Source of the DNA: Camelus ferus
Taxonomy: Eukaryota
Reading direction: 5' to 3'
Assembly (NCBI RefSeq): GCF_009834535.1
Contig: NC_045696.1
Coordinates: 47,680,001-47,744,000, forward strand
Length of the DNA stretch: 64,000 nt
The position numbers were made by a program, and so were the translations under genes. This document shows positions 28,201-43,200 of this stretch, piece after piece (position 1 is the stretch's first letter; each line of letters opens with the position of its first letter). The notes under the pieces were generated by a model that ran no database searches, was not told the origin of the DNA, and saw only the letters and a program-made list of their open reading frames with translations.

Positions 28201-31200
28201 CTTTCTTTAATTTAACATGAAAAATTCAACACAATTCTTTCCCTGCAGGTACAACTCACTTTCCGCACATCACACTGGAACCTCTGTGTGTTTCCCTGGC
28301 CCTTTCCACATACCACATTCACAGATTCAAACTTCAATTTAACATTTCACACACTAGTGCAAACTTCTGCCTCATCTGCATTCTGAAGTTCTGAGATGAC
28401 TGGCATCTACATATAATTTTTTAAATTTAAGTGAAAACGGGTTGTTTTCAGATAATACTTCCAAAGCACATGCCACTGCCTGTGTGCTTGAGCATCACTC
28501 CTAAGGAAATTTTCATGAGGTTACTGTCATCTTGAAACAAGGCCTTGCCAATGGTTGGATTACTAGTTAGAGCTTAAGCCCATAGCAGAATGATAAAAGG
28601 TTTTGATTGCTAAGTTTAAAATTGATGCCAAATATTCACAAGAAATGTATGAAAGTTCAGACCCTTGGACTCAGTAGTTCTGTGCCTGGGAATCTGTCTT
28701 AAAGAAAATAATTTTAAAAAAATTTTAAAAATCCACCTGTATGAAATATTTATTTCAACATTATCCACAAATAATGAGAAACACTGAGACTAATGCTACT
28801 ATCCAAAATACAGGAATTATTACATAAATTACGATGAATCAACTTAATGGACTGGCATAAAGCCGCTTATCAATAAATCATTATGAGCACAGGAAGTATA
28901 CCACAATAAAGGTGTTTCAAAAGGAAAGAAACCAGGAGGCATATTAAGACTACATAATGGAGAACAAAGTTTAGAAATAAATCGTAAATGAAAAAAGAAA
29001 AATGAGGCTATACTTCAGAATGAAATAATACAAATAATCAATTATGATATATAAATTCTTCCCCTTAACAATTTTAAAAATATTCTTTCACTTTTGCTTT
29101 TACAATAAACAAAACTGGAAGAAAACAAATCATATCAGAAAACCTCTTCTCCAAGGCCAAACAAAAGCCTGAACGCTTGGATCTTCCTATTCCTATGTAG
29201 AAAATTATTTTCAGCAGGAGCACACCATCTAAGACTAAAGGTGAAGATTATACAGTTCTGAGGTTTGAAACTTGTTTTAGACAGATACAGAATTATGCCC
29301 AGTGGCTTTGTGGGGATACAGTAACAAGAAAAAGAAATGGTGAAAAAGTTATGTTACAAACCACTTGTTCTTGAAACCAACATTATGTAAATTCTACCAG
29401 ATTAGAAGTTCAAATATCAGAAGTCATAAATGGAAGAGGAGTCAGAAAAAGATCCATCCTGGACCAGACATGTTCCTTGAGCCCAAGGACTGAATGGTTT
29501 TCTAGTCCCTGAGAGAAGAGGAATTAGGTGTTAATGTCAGAATCCACTGACTTTTTAGAAGAACTATAGTGGCATTGTTACCCCTCCCCAGGAGGTGATA
29601 CTGTCCCTTCTTGGCACCATCATGGTAGTCACAGCAGAAACTATGAAATGTATAGCAACCATGATATAGAAGTTGTCTCCTCCTTACAATAATCCTTCCT
29701 CATAAAATCCCATTCTTGTCTTTAGAAAACTTTTCTTGTGATTAAAGTATGAAATTGTTAATTGAAAATCAAACAAAAAAGTCCAATGTGGTCAATGTTC
29801 CGAAGTTTAATTGTATATGTTGTGTCTGATCCATTTTCTTTATTTTGTAATTAATTTTCTAAATGGCTTAAGAGGCTTCTGGTTCCATGAAACAATCTGA
29901 AAACAGTAAGAATTTTTCCAAAGAATAGCTGTCAAATTATTTTTCTAATAATTTGTTTCCTGATGCTAGTGTTGAAATGCCAAGGCTCTCTGACAGATAA
30001 CTGTTTGAAATGTGAGCTCAAAGCTTTTAAATAGTATGAGACATCGGTTTTGGAACCAGCTGTTAAGCAGAAAGGCAGGGCCAGCGGGAAAAGGAGGAGA
30101 CAGTAATGGAGGTGCCAGTAAAAGCTCTGGACCTCCTTTCTGATATTGGCATGTTAATGTTGGCAAAAGGGTTCCCAGCATTTGCAGAACAGTAATTAGG
30201 CTGAATTTTTTTTTCCAAGAGAAAAAAAAAAAAAACACAAAAGACCTTCATTTCTGTGTAAATTAAGAATTCTACATGTTAGAACAAAATGAGAAAAAAT
30301 TATAAATTAGAAAAAAAATAGAAAAGATAATCTAAAACTGTGTTAACAAATGTTAAATTTTCTAACTGGGGAAAGGACTTTCAAAATTGCACTTCAAAGG
30401 CAAAAGAAAAAGCTCTCCAAGATGATGTGTTTACTTGGTTCTTAACCTCTTAGTCTAAAGCTGCACTGCCCAGTATGGTAGCTACCGGCCACAGGCGCAC
30501 ATGATGTGTGCTATATGCATAAAACACACACTGGATTTCAAATATTTAGATGGAAAACAATGAATGTAAAATGTCTCAATATTTTGCATACTGAAATTAT
30601 AATATTTTTGTGTACCAGATTAAACAAAAACATTATTAAAATTAGAAATTTTGCCTGTTTCTTTTTACTTTTCTTAATGTAGCTACTAGAAAATTTAAGA
30701 TGACATATGAGTTTTATATTTGTGGCTCTCATTATATTTCTATTGAACAACCCTGGTTCATAAAATAATCAGATTGAATTAAATTCCTTTAAAATCCCCC
30801 CTAGCTCTAGCATTTTGACACTAAGAGACTACAGGCTTAAACTAGTAAGTTTTAAATACAAAGTTACTTTAGGGAAATCACAGTTTGGTCACCCTGCCAT
30901 TATTTCACCACACTTTTTCACCATGCCCCCTAGTGCTTTCTCATTCTACTTCCTACAGATCCCCAGTAACCAAGAAAAATGAATGTGTTCATTTATTTCT
31001 TTATAAACTGCAAGTATGTGGTTCATAAGGCCATTGTGAATTGCCATTCAGTCGTATTCCTTTTTGCTTCACGCCATATAATATGTCTTTTTTTTTTTTA
31101 ATGATCTGTAATGAACAATGAACTTGTGTTTTTTTCCTCAGTTTTAACACTCATAAAATAGGAGTCTGGGAATTAGAGAACCTTAGATGTCTTATGTTCC

Positions 31201-34200
31201 AGTGGTCCACACCCATGCTGGCACCTCTGCATCACCCAGCGAACATACGAAAAACTGATTTCTAGGCTTGATATCTAGAGATTCTGACTCAGTAGATCTG
31301 AGACAAGACAGGATTCTATACTTCTCAGGGAGCTGTCCAGGTCACTCAGAGGCACAGCCAGATTTGGGACTCAGTGGTCTAGCCTAGCTCACTTCATCTC
31401 TAACTGAGGTAAAATGAATTATCCCAGTGCTAAGGCCCAGTGGCCCCAGACCTGGAACCAGGATGCAGGGCTCCTAACTCCAGCTCACTGCCATTGAGAC
31501 ACATTCTGCCAAAGGCACAAATTACTCACTCCTCAAGAGCTCCCGCCATCAGTATATCTTCCTTGTCAGTTTTAACATCCAACTCAGGCTCTCCACTAAG
31601 CAGAAGCTTCAAGTTATAAACAACCAGCAAAGTTCCTAGTGGAAAAGTAGATGTTTGACTTGTCAATATTTAACTACACTAAGTATTAGTCATGGTGCTA
31701 TTGTTTCATCTGTGGAATTAAGCCTGCCATAGACCGAATTTCCTTTTGTACTTCAGTAAATAGTATGCTTGGATAAGTTCCAAAATATACGTCTTACAGC
31801 AAATTCTACTCTGTGCCAAGGAGTGTTGAGTTTCTACAGTACAGTGCTTCTTTTTACTACTCAATTCATTATATATTTCAATGTGGATTCTTAAACTTTG
31901 GCACTGGTTTCATAATTTGCATTATAAAAACTGTTAGAAGCCTGAGCCAAATTTGTATTATAGGTAAAGCTCTCATTGGCAGAACCGAAATCAATGCCCA
32001 TAAGAACAAAGATGAGTTTTTTAAATTTGTGTAAATATGAAGTATTGCTTTTAGGCCCTAAAACAGGTGTTGGTAAACTCTGTAAAGGGCCAGATAATGA
32101 ATATTTCAGGCCTTTCAGGCCTCTCACAACTACTCACAACTCAACTCCACAGTTGTAACATGAAAGCTGCCGTAGTGAATACATAAATGAATGATGTGGC
32201 TATGATCCAATAAAAATTTATTTACAAAAACAGGTATGGGGCAGGATTTGACCTGCAGGCCCTAGTTTGCTGACCTCTGCTCTAATGCAAAGTAAACAAA
32301 GAAGTCCAAATTCTTTATGATGTTGATTATAATATAAGGACAAATAGCAACGTCAGAGAAATTAAAAGAACAACCAATTATAATTTTTTTGGTAATACTA
32401 AAACAGAAGGGAGAACAGTGGAGTGACTGAGGATTTGGACTTGGATTTGGGAACCTAAATGCCTGTGTCTAAATCTGGGATCAATCATTTGCTAGCATAA
32501 TGGCCTCAGATAAGTTTCTTAACTTCTCTGAACCTAAGTTTTCTAGTCTACACAATGGAGCTCATGAGGTACCTACCACATAGAGTTGTTTTACAGATTA
32601 AATGAGTTAACTTTTACAAAGCATTTAGAAAAGTATTCAGGAAGTACTAGACTCTTTGTTACTACTTATATGAGCATTTCACAATTGGAAGGCAGCTAAG
32701 AGATTACATTAACTGTCTTTAAAGTATGCCATGTGGATATTAATGAAATGAATATTTACTTAGCTGCCAATATTTTTCCCTCTATGACAAAGGGAAAACA
32801 ATAACAGAAAACTTCCCTTTTAAACAAATTAGAGAAGAAATTCTGAAGGTAACATAGACCAAGTTAGAAACAAAGTTTCTCAGAATTTTACTAGACAACA
32901 TAACATAAAACAATTTTACTATAAACATAACAGAATTCTGCCAATAACTATTACAAAAAGCAGAATGCAAATAGCTTTCTCTAGAGTAGGATTCTTTTTG
33001 TTTCTAGATAAGAAAAGTTGTAGAAGTCTGAAGAAAGACTGGCACAGAAGTCTGAACTGGTTACTTTATAAATTGCTAACAGTCTTATAAACCCTGGGAT
33101 CATCTAATCTTGGATGCTGCAGTAAACACCTCCAGACTTTGCTGTCTCATGCAGGGACTGTATCACCCTCTTCCCATCCAGCTTCACCAAGCTTATACAA
33201 GTACACACCTTTCTCCCAGTGTCAGGGACTTAACAGTGATTCCTGTTTGGATTCGCCTAAGACAAAAGTTACATAAATAAGACAAATAACCACCCCATAT
33301 GATATCCCATGTGATATTATAAATAGAAAAAATATGAAAACATTGAGTCTTTCATAAGACACTGAAAACAAATACTTCCATCAAAATTTCAGAGTTTTGA
33401 TGATCTTACCACACTTCCCGTAGATCACATCAAATTGCTGCATCAATTCAGCTTCAGTTTTAAACGGAGAGTACTCATAAATTATAGACAGTTCTGTTGA
33501 GAACTTTTGAGGATCATCTGTGACAGATTCTTTGGTTCTTGTTAACCATGAAGGTATTGGAACCACAACCTATTTAAAAAAATGCACATCAATTTACTAT
33601 GAAATACACAAATGAAAACCATCATTCTTCTGTCTGATCCTAATTCTGTTCATTTACCATCCAGCCGAATTATAAAACACAAAGTTAAAGTTTATTCCCC
33701 CTCCCCCACATTCTAGTTTTACAAGGAGAAGACGAGTAACAAATATGTATACTCCAAGTTTTATTCTAAAATGCTCTACTGCAGAACATGCAGACAGATG
33801 GAGTCTACTTCAGCTCCCTACTGAGCTATGGGTTGAATGGCAGAGGGAGCAATGGTATCGGCATTTTAGAAGCTGAAAAGCATATGACAGCACATCCAAG
33901 AAAACCAGTCTGAAGCCCATGCCAGAAAAGAGAAGAACCAGCCTGATTTACAACTCAGTCTCCTCAAAGGCTCAGAGGTTGATGGCATGAATTAACTCTG
34001 GAGGTGGGTAAAAGGAAGAGAAGCCCCATCTGGCAATAGCTCTTCCCCCACCTCCACTGGGACGGGATGTCTATGCTCTGGAAAGAGTGGGAAAATGCTT
34101 TTCTGGATTAGAGGACAAATCATGCACAGTTGGCTAGGGACATACTGAAATTAGGGGGATTATATAAAAGTATACATGTTGGATGCTGAGAACCCCAGAC

Positions 34201-37200
34201 CTCTTCTCTCATTTGGTTGCCAGGAAGCTGTCAGTCAGCTAGGCCTTCAGGCAGAAGACTGTAGGGGTCTTTTTTGAGATAGCTGACCAGCCCAGAAGGA
34301 AAGACACTGAGGATTTCCAAAAAAAACAGGCCATCTAGATCACATTATTGTGGCACTCATGGCTGCCAAGCCCCACCCACACTACACTCCCAGAGCTTTC
34401 AACTGACATTTTATTGGACTGATCTTCAAAGTACTGAGGATTAAAAGCCATCTAAGAAAAGCCTCTAATGTGATTCAGACCAAATAAACAAGCACAAACA
34501 AGCAAGTCAGTGGTAACAAAAACCGTAAGAGAAAGATGAAAATTTCAGGGGGAAAAAATCAATCATAGTTGATATCTTCAGAGCTCTAAGAAGCAATACT
34601 GTATCCATGAAACAAGAACTATGTATCTTTAAAAAGGAATGATGAGAAAATTTAAATATTCCTTAGAAATAAATAATATGATTATAGGAAAATTTTTCTA
34701 AGAAAGGGTTGGAAGAAATGTTAGAAAAATCTCCAGGAAAACAAAACAAAAACTATAAAGGACAGAAAGCAAAAGAGAAAAGATAAGAACAAAGATCTTC
34801 AAAAAAAAAAAAAAAAAAGAATGGGTCACACAGAAGACTTGGGAATTAAAATGGCTTCAAATAACTTATTTTTATCTTTTTACACCTTTATTGTGATATG
34901 CTTTCTGTACAGTAAACTACACATATTTCAGATGTACACTTTGATGAATTTCGATAGATGTATACACCTATGAAACCACCAATCAAGACAGCTAACATTT
35001 CCATTACTCCCCAAGAGGTGCAATTTTTAGGCTTCTGATTTATCCCTCCCCATTCCCTTTAACCCCTGGTAACCATAAGTTTGTTCTCTATGTCTGTGGC
35101 TTCAAGCTTTTTAAATAATGACACTAGAAATTAGAAGATAATGGAGCAATGCCTTCAAAATCCTGAAAGAAAATTAATTCTAAGAAAAAAATACCAAGCC
35201 AAACTATCATTAAGTGGGTACGATAAAAACAGTTCCCTGCATATGAAGTCTCAAAATATTTTCTCTCTCATGCCCTCTTGCTGAGAAAGCAAACGGAGGA
35301 TGTGTCACAACAAGAAAAGGGAGCAAGCAAGGAAAGAAATTTGAAATGTGACACAGAAGAGAGGTGAAGAGAATCGCCAGGAGGGTGGCAGGGCAGATCC
35401 CAGGATGACAGATGAATGCCAGCTTTGGAAAGCAGGAGTGTGAGGGGCAACGCCTGAGAAAATTCCAAAGCAGAGCTCTTCAAGAAGGTGGGACTGACAA
35501 AATGGCAGCTTGGGATTGGGGTTAACATAGTGATAAAGGCATATAAAACCAGCACACATGCAGGCAGAGATAAGCACACAGAACACTAAGCAATTATTAA
35601 TTATTAATTAAAAGTGGTGCAGGAAAGGGAAAAAATGATAGTTCATGAGACAGCCTAACTGTGCATAGTGTTCATACAGTCTCGTAACATAAACACTGAA
35701 AACTGGCATAACCAAAATTACACTCGAACTATGTTGAGAGTGGAGAATTGGAAGGGTGGGTATGTGTGATAGGAGGAAAGAAAAAGAAATAGGTAAACCC
35801 TCCTGTTTTCTAGTGGGAGGTTAACAAATAATGCCTACATCAAATCAAGAAGTAGCAATACAAGCATGTTACATAGAGATTTGCAGGAAAATATCAAAAT
35901 ACTGTTGAAGGAGATTGCCTCTGTATAAGTGGAAATGGGAAGGGGTTGCTGGTTTTAGTTTAAAAAAAGAGAATGGCCCATTTTAGGAAAGCTATAACCT
36001 CGGCTGTGACCCAACTTCCCTCCATGCCCTTTACATACAAGAGACATAATGTAAATGCTTAAAGTATGGCTCCTCCTCATGTCAGAATCCCACTCAGCTA
36101 CTCTCTACTGCCTACAGACTGCTCCAGCCCCAAGCCAGGACTGCCAGTGGACATGACGGCTTCCTGCTGGGCAATTTCCATACTATCCCTCCAAACCTAC
36201 AATCATCTCCCAGTCTGACACTTGCCAAATGCCATTTCTCACCACATACCTGCCTTTACAGTTGTAAATTGTACCCTCTCCATAAAAACCCTCATTGACC
36301 ACTCAAGGCTCTCTAATCTCTCTATCCACATCATTGCTTTGGATAGTTCTGTAACAGCAGGAACACATACTCACTGAACAGCATGCTTTTTAAACACCCT
36401 TGCTTTGTTATTTATCAAATTCACACTTGTCTGCCTTATTTTGTGACAAGACTGAGAACACTTTGACAGTCAGACAGTTTTCTTCTGCTTTCTAGCTGGG
36501 TCTATCCAGTGCTGGGCCGATAGCGATGCCTCAACATGCATTTGCTATACTGAATTATAACTGATGTTCATAATAGTAAAACTCAAACACTGCAGATTAA
36601 TAAAATGTCTCTGGGTCAGCAAATGGAGTTGAAATTATGAGAGTTAGAGTTATAGTTTTAAGTATGTTTTGCATTCAATTTCTTTAGATGTCATATTCCA
36701 AGTATTGTGAATCCAGTATTCTATTTATTTTAAAAATGATCATCTATTTTTGGACAAGTAGAGTAATTGTTTTGTAGGCTTCTTCCAAAAAGCTCATTGT
36801 GCCAAAGGGAGCCTCTTATCCTGAAGATTTGTGTACCTGGATAATAAAGTTCTGAAAACTGCCTAGGAGTTAAAAACTTACTCAAGAAAAGATCAATAGG
36901 ACAAGATTCCAATGACCCCAGGATGGGCAGCCACCCTCTCTCCATTTCCCAAATACATATATATATTCTTAAATTTCTTTTTTTAAATTGAAGTAGAGTC
37001 TGTTTACAATGTTGTGTCAATTTCTAGTGTACAACGTAATAGTTCAGTCATACATACACATATATTCGTCTTCATGTTATTTATAGATTACTATAAGACA
37101 TTGAATATAGTTCCCTGTGCTATACAGTATAAACTTGTTGTTTATCTATTTTATATATAGTAGTTAGTATCTCCAAATCTTGAACTCCCAATTTATCCTT

Positions 37201-40200
37201 TCCCACTCCTCTCCCCTTAAGTTTGTTTTCTATGTCTGTGAGTCTGTTTCTGCTTTGTAAACAAGTTCATTTGGCTTTTTTTTAGGTTGCACATGAGTGA
37301 TACCATATGGTATTTTTCTTTCACTTTCTGGCTTACTTCACTTAGAATGACAATCTCCAGGTCCACCCATCTTGCTGCAAATTGCATTATTTTATTCTTT
37401 TTTATGGCTGAGTAGTATTCCATTGTATAAATATACCACAACTTCTTTATCCAGTCTTCTGTCAATGGACATTTAGGTTGTCTCCATGTCTTGGCTATTG
37501 TAAATGGTGCTGCTAGAAACACTGGGGTGCATGTATCTTTTCAAACTAAAGTTCCCTTCAGATATACACCTACCCAGAAGTGGGACTGCTGGATCATATG
37601 GTTAGTCTATTTTTAGTTTTTTGAGGAATCTCGATGCTGTTTTCCATAAGGGCGTATCAAACTACATTCCCACAAACAGTGTAGGAAGGTTCCCTTTTCT
37701 CCACACCCTCTCCAGCATTTATTGTTTGTGGGTTTCTGAATGACGGCCATTCTGACTGGTGTGAGATGATACCACACTGTAGACTTGATTTGCATTTCTC
37801 TGATAATTAGCAATATTGAGCATATTTTCATGTGCCTATTGGCCATTTGCACATCTTCATTGGAGAATTGCTTGTTTAGGTCTTCTGCCCATTTTTGGAT
37901 TGAGCTGTTTTTTTTTTTTTTTTTTATTGTTAAGTTGTATAAGCTGTTTATATATTCTATAAATTAAGCCCTGTCAGTCTCACCTTTAGCAAATATTTTT
38001 TTCCATTCTGTAGATTGTCTTTTTGTTTTATTTTTTAGTTTCCTTTGATGTGAAAAGCTTATAAATTTAATTAGGTCCCATTTGTTTATTTTTTCTTTTA
38101 TTTCTGTTGCCTAGGTAGACTGCCCTAGGAGAACATTGCTAAGACTTATGTTAGATAATGTTTTGCCTTTTTTTTTTTCTAAGAGGTTTATAGTGTCTTG
38201 TCTTATGTTTAAGTCTTTAAGCCATTTTGAGTTTATTTTTGTGTATGGTGTGAGGGAGTATTCTAACTTCACTGATTTATATGTAGCTGTCCAGTTTTCC
38301 CAACACCATTTGCTGAAGAGACTGTTTTTGTTCCATTGGATATTCTTGCTTCCTTTGTCAAAGATTAATTGACCAAAAGTCTGTGGGTTTATTTCTGGGC
38401 TCTCTATTCTGTTCCATTGATCCATATATCTGTTTTTGTATCAACATAATGCTGTTTTGATCATTGTAGCTCTGTAGTAGTGTCTGAAGTTTAGGAGGGT
38501 TATTCCTCCAGCTTCATTCTTTTTCTTCAGTATTGCTTTGGCAATTCTGGGTCTTTTGTGATTCCATATAAATTTTAGGATTATTTGTTCTAGTTCTGTG
38601 AAAAATGCCCTGGGTAATTTGACAGGGATCACATTAAATCTGTAGATTGCTTCAGCCATTTTAACAATATCAATTCTTCCAAACCAAGAACATGAGACAT
38701 CTTTCAATTTCTTTAAGTCATCTTTAATTTCCTTAGTCAATGTTTCGTAGTTCTCCATGTGTAAGTCTTTTACTTCTTTGGTCAGATTTATTCCTAAGTA
38801 TTTTATTTTTTTGGATGCAATTTTAAAAGGGATTGTTTGTTTACTCTCCTTTTCTGATATTTCATTGTTAGCATAAAGAAATGCAACTGATTTCCGTATG
38901 TTAATCTTGTATCCTGCTTAACTTTCTAAATCATAATCAGAAAGAACCTATGATAGACTTTATCTCCTGAGATGGTAAATGAAAACAACCCCATTACCAT
39001 GGGAACCAAAGGAAAATCTCAACCCTTACCTCATTCAGACCTTCTCTTTCACAGAACGTCTGAGAAAAAAACACACAGGTCATCGTTTCCTCCTTTTTTG
39101 TAAAAAGAATAAAGTCTTTTCCAATCCTCATGGATCCACTATATTAAAAATCAAAAACAATGGTTTACACCTCAAACAGCAGAAAGAAGGAACAGGCAGG
39201 CATGATACTGTGTACTACAATGGGTTGTTCTTTTCCTAGAAAGAACTCCAATGTTTTGCTAACCAAAAACCAAGAGAGTACAAGTATGATTTTTTTCCTC
39301 AAAGCCAAGCAGGATTTGAACTAATATAGCGCCACACTCTTGCTTGGGATGTGACTACTGAAGATAAGGTGCTAGGGCTCAAGCAAAGAACAATCATCTT
39401 GTCCCTGGCAGGTGTTACACACGTGTTAGTGTCCTCATGTCCTCACCTTTTATGGAGGTGGACTAATAAAATATGCTGTGGACACATAACACCTACACTG
39501 TGGTATGCTTGAGAAACAACAGAACACAAAAATACAATGAAGCTCCAAGGTACAGGGGTGCTACTTCAGCAATCCCTGAAAAAAAGATTCATCACCTACT
39601 TGAGATTTAAATTGAAAAATATTGTGAAGATTTAAGTCAGTTATGGGTATGAAAATTCTAAAACAAGGTAGGACTCTCAAGTTTATATTATTTCTTAATC
39701 TTTACAAACTTAGATCATTCTCTGTAAGATTTCCTTTATCTAAATATTATTCCCTCAATAATCCACATCAATAATATATGAATTAAAAGAAAAAAAAGTC
39801 TCACCTTTTAAGACCATTGCCATATTGCCCAATAAACTTCAAGGTCGATAACCGTTTCTTGGATGTTCCAAAGTAAATGATATCTGAAGCTTCCTCTATA
39901 ATTGACAAAGACATCTAAGTGGTTAGGACTGATAAGTCACTCACACTGGCCAGAAGTCCAGCTGTCAGGATGTCATACATATTTCAGGACATTGGGACAA
40001 ACTGACACCTTTTGGGTCAGCCCAGAGATGAAGATCCTTCTTAGGCTCAATAATCTCTGAGCAGGATCTTAACGGTAATATATTGAAGGAGGTCAGACAG
40101 ACCCAGCCATGTGACCCTGGGTAAGTAGAGTTTAAAACTCTGAGCCTTAATATCCTCGTCCCTAAAGGCGAACTACTAACACTTACATCCCAGAGTTGTT

Positions 40201-43200
40201 GATGAAGATGAATGAAATGAATTAAATGAGATGATGTGTTAACCTTGAATAACACACGTCATTTGATAAATGCTAATAAATTAAAGGTGCTATAATCATT
40301 TGTACCATTAGTAATTTCTATGGTTTTTGTCTCTTATCCAGCCCCATGTGAGACTGAGAAGAGTAGAATGGCTTCTGGTCTGCTGCTCACTGGGGAAGAA
40401 GGGCTACTTATTTCAGACTTTGAGAAGTAGTCTTCTGATCTCTTGAGGACATTTTGGAATTCTAGAGAAGAATCCTCTGAACTTCAGAATATACATACCT
40501 CTAAGAAACAGAAATGCTCCAGGAAACAGGGAAATATAGAAATGGGTCTCCTAATTGGCCTCCCAGAATACACACTCCAGAAATGCCTTCAGGACCCTGT
40601 GTCAGTCTGGGTGAAGACAGGCTAGAGTTCAGTGGAACTTGGCATAGGGTGTGTAAAGATAGTCTGCTTGCCTGAAACTGACTGGACCTTTTATCACATG
40701 TTCTTATTAAGGGTTGGGTATTAGATGAAGGTGTCTATAATGATAATACTAGCTACCACTTACTGTTCAGTATGTGCCAGGTATTATATCATATACTTCA
40801 TCTGCACTGACTATTAAATATTTATAACAAACCTACAAGGCTATAAGGAAGATACCATTATTATATGCATGTTACAGATAAGGAAATTGAAGTTTTAGGA
40901 ATTTATGTAACCTGCCCAAGGTCACATTGATAAATGCTACCCACAGAGCTATAAGCAAGAGTTGCAAAAGACCAAATCCCATGGTTTTCATCACACACCA
41001 CACACACTCTCATGTATGGTGGACAGAGTTCTGGGCACAGGGATGGAACATTGGATAGGACAGACATTACCCCCGCCCTCAATAACTTTATGTCATGGTT
41101 GGAGAAATAGACAAACAAGATCATTTCTGAGAGAATTAAGTGACGGAAACAAAACTAGGGTAACATGATAGAGAAGTAACAGGAGTGTGGCCCACAGACA
41201 GAATGATCAGGGAAGGCCTCTTTCATAAGGTGTCATATGAGGTGAGATTCAAACGATGAAGAGCCAGCCAGGTGCAGCTGGAGTGCCATAAGCAAAGGCA
41301 TGAGCAGGACGAGAAAAGGTCAAAGAGGTGGACAGAGGCCAAATCATGCAAGAAGTGTTACTGGGGAGTATGAATTTAATTCTAATGGAAAACCACTAAG
41401 AGTTTTAAGCAGCAGCATCAATATGATCTACTAAAAGAAAAAACCCACTCAGGATTGCTGCATGCGGAATGCACTATAATCGGGCAAGACTGGAAGTGAA
41501 AAGAGTTTGGAAATCACTGCAGTCATCTTCTACAGGTCAAGATTTATGGAGCTCAAGGTAGGCAACAGATATTTTCTATTTCCAGTCATCAGAAAAACTC
41601 TTCCAACTTATTACTTGAGTTCCAATGTGAATAAAGAAATGCTCTCTCAACACTAGTGGGACTTTTCAAAATATAACTGTATATGTCAACTGAAGTGTGA
41701 GTTTCTTCTGAGGATCACAGTATTTGTCACTTGTCTGTGTTTTGATCATTTTGTTTGAGGACCCATATAAAGAAGCTGCTGCTTCTTTTGAGGAACTACC
41801 TTAAAATACACCACAAATATTCTGACTATTAGACCAAGGAGGTCTTTGAGACTTGGAAGAAGAAAAGTGTTTTACTTTGTATTCTTAGCTTCTATCAGCA
41901 CCAACAATCATTCTTTCCAAATTACTTGAACTCCCTCATCATTTGTTAAATCTAGTGGTCAAAATCTCTGGCTTGTGGGACATACACAAATGTTATAAGA
42001 ATTCAGGGATAAGCTATCCCAATTAATGCAAATCCCTTATCTGAGGGAATAACATCTCAATTCCACGAGACACAGTATTATGCACCTACTATGTGTTGCC
42101 TTTCTGCTAGCCTTGAAGATAACAAGGTAAATCATGCAATGAATTGCAGATGTTTTCATTATGATGAGAACATTCAATTGAAGCAACTAAATCTCTCAAC
42201 ATGCAGAGGAAAAATACAAACCAATAAAAACAAGGAGAGGTGTGATGGAAATGTTATCTGTCTTGATTGTGGTAGTGGTTTCATTGGTGTATAAATCTAC
42301 CAAAACTCATCAAATTGTACATCTGAAGTATTTGTAGTCTACTGTACAGGAATCATACCACAATAAAGGTGCTAAAAAAAAAAAAAAAAGGAGAGGTGAC
42401 CTCTACCTCAAGGTCAAGCAGAAAAATTTAAATAGCCTAAAGGCATTGGAAACTGTCTCATGTCTGTCACAAGCAATAACTGAAGAGTGTGCTAAAAACA
42501 GTCTCACAGTCCATCCAATTACTGTTTGTTTTCCATTCATTTCCAGATCCTTTTCCTTACAAGTAACAGGGACCCTGTGCCTTTCATTTTTCTGGCGATA
42601 TTTATTTATATTCACTTTTTGTCTTGCTTTAGATGGTTACAATGAATTTACTCTGTCAGCTGGAATATTTAAACCTAAAAAGTTCAACAATATGTTAAGT
42701 CTGGTGTTTATTTCCCCTAATATCTCCATACCTGTTTCTGTATAGATGGCTCAATTTATTTTTATTTATTTTATGGGTTTTCAGACTGCTCTAACAGCCA
42801 GTTAGGTATCTAGATAATTAACTTACCAGGGCTCATACCACATCCATCATCCAGGAAGCACAACATGAATCCACCCTGCAGGTTTTCATTATCCACTGTA
42901 AGAGAAAGCAATTATTACTAATAAATATTGGGCTTAATTTGTTAGTCAGAAAGTCATGCTGCTCGAGTAATTATTTGTCCTCCTAAAATGCAGCCACTGA
43001 ATGACAGAGTTATGGCACAAGGATGAGGCTCAGAAAGGCGTCTTTGCAACAGTTTCACAAGAAACTGCTGGAGGAAAATGATCAAGCAACAGAAAGGCTT
43101 TAAATTAACATGTTTTACATGTACACAGTAATAAATTATGGATACAGCATGACATGCCCTCTCTGGAGTCTGACTGCTCCTTTCAACTTCAGGTGTCTCC

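Noticed and set aside
5455..42035. Scattered ATGCAAAT octamer motifs as pluripotency enhancers
   Set aside because: None has an adjacent SOX half-site, and several such matches are expected by chance in AT-rich DNA.
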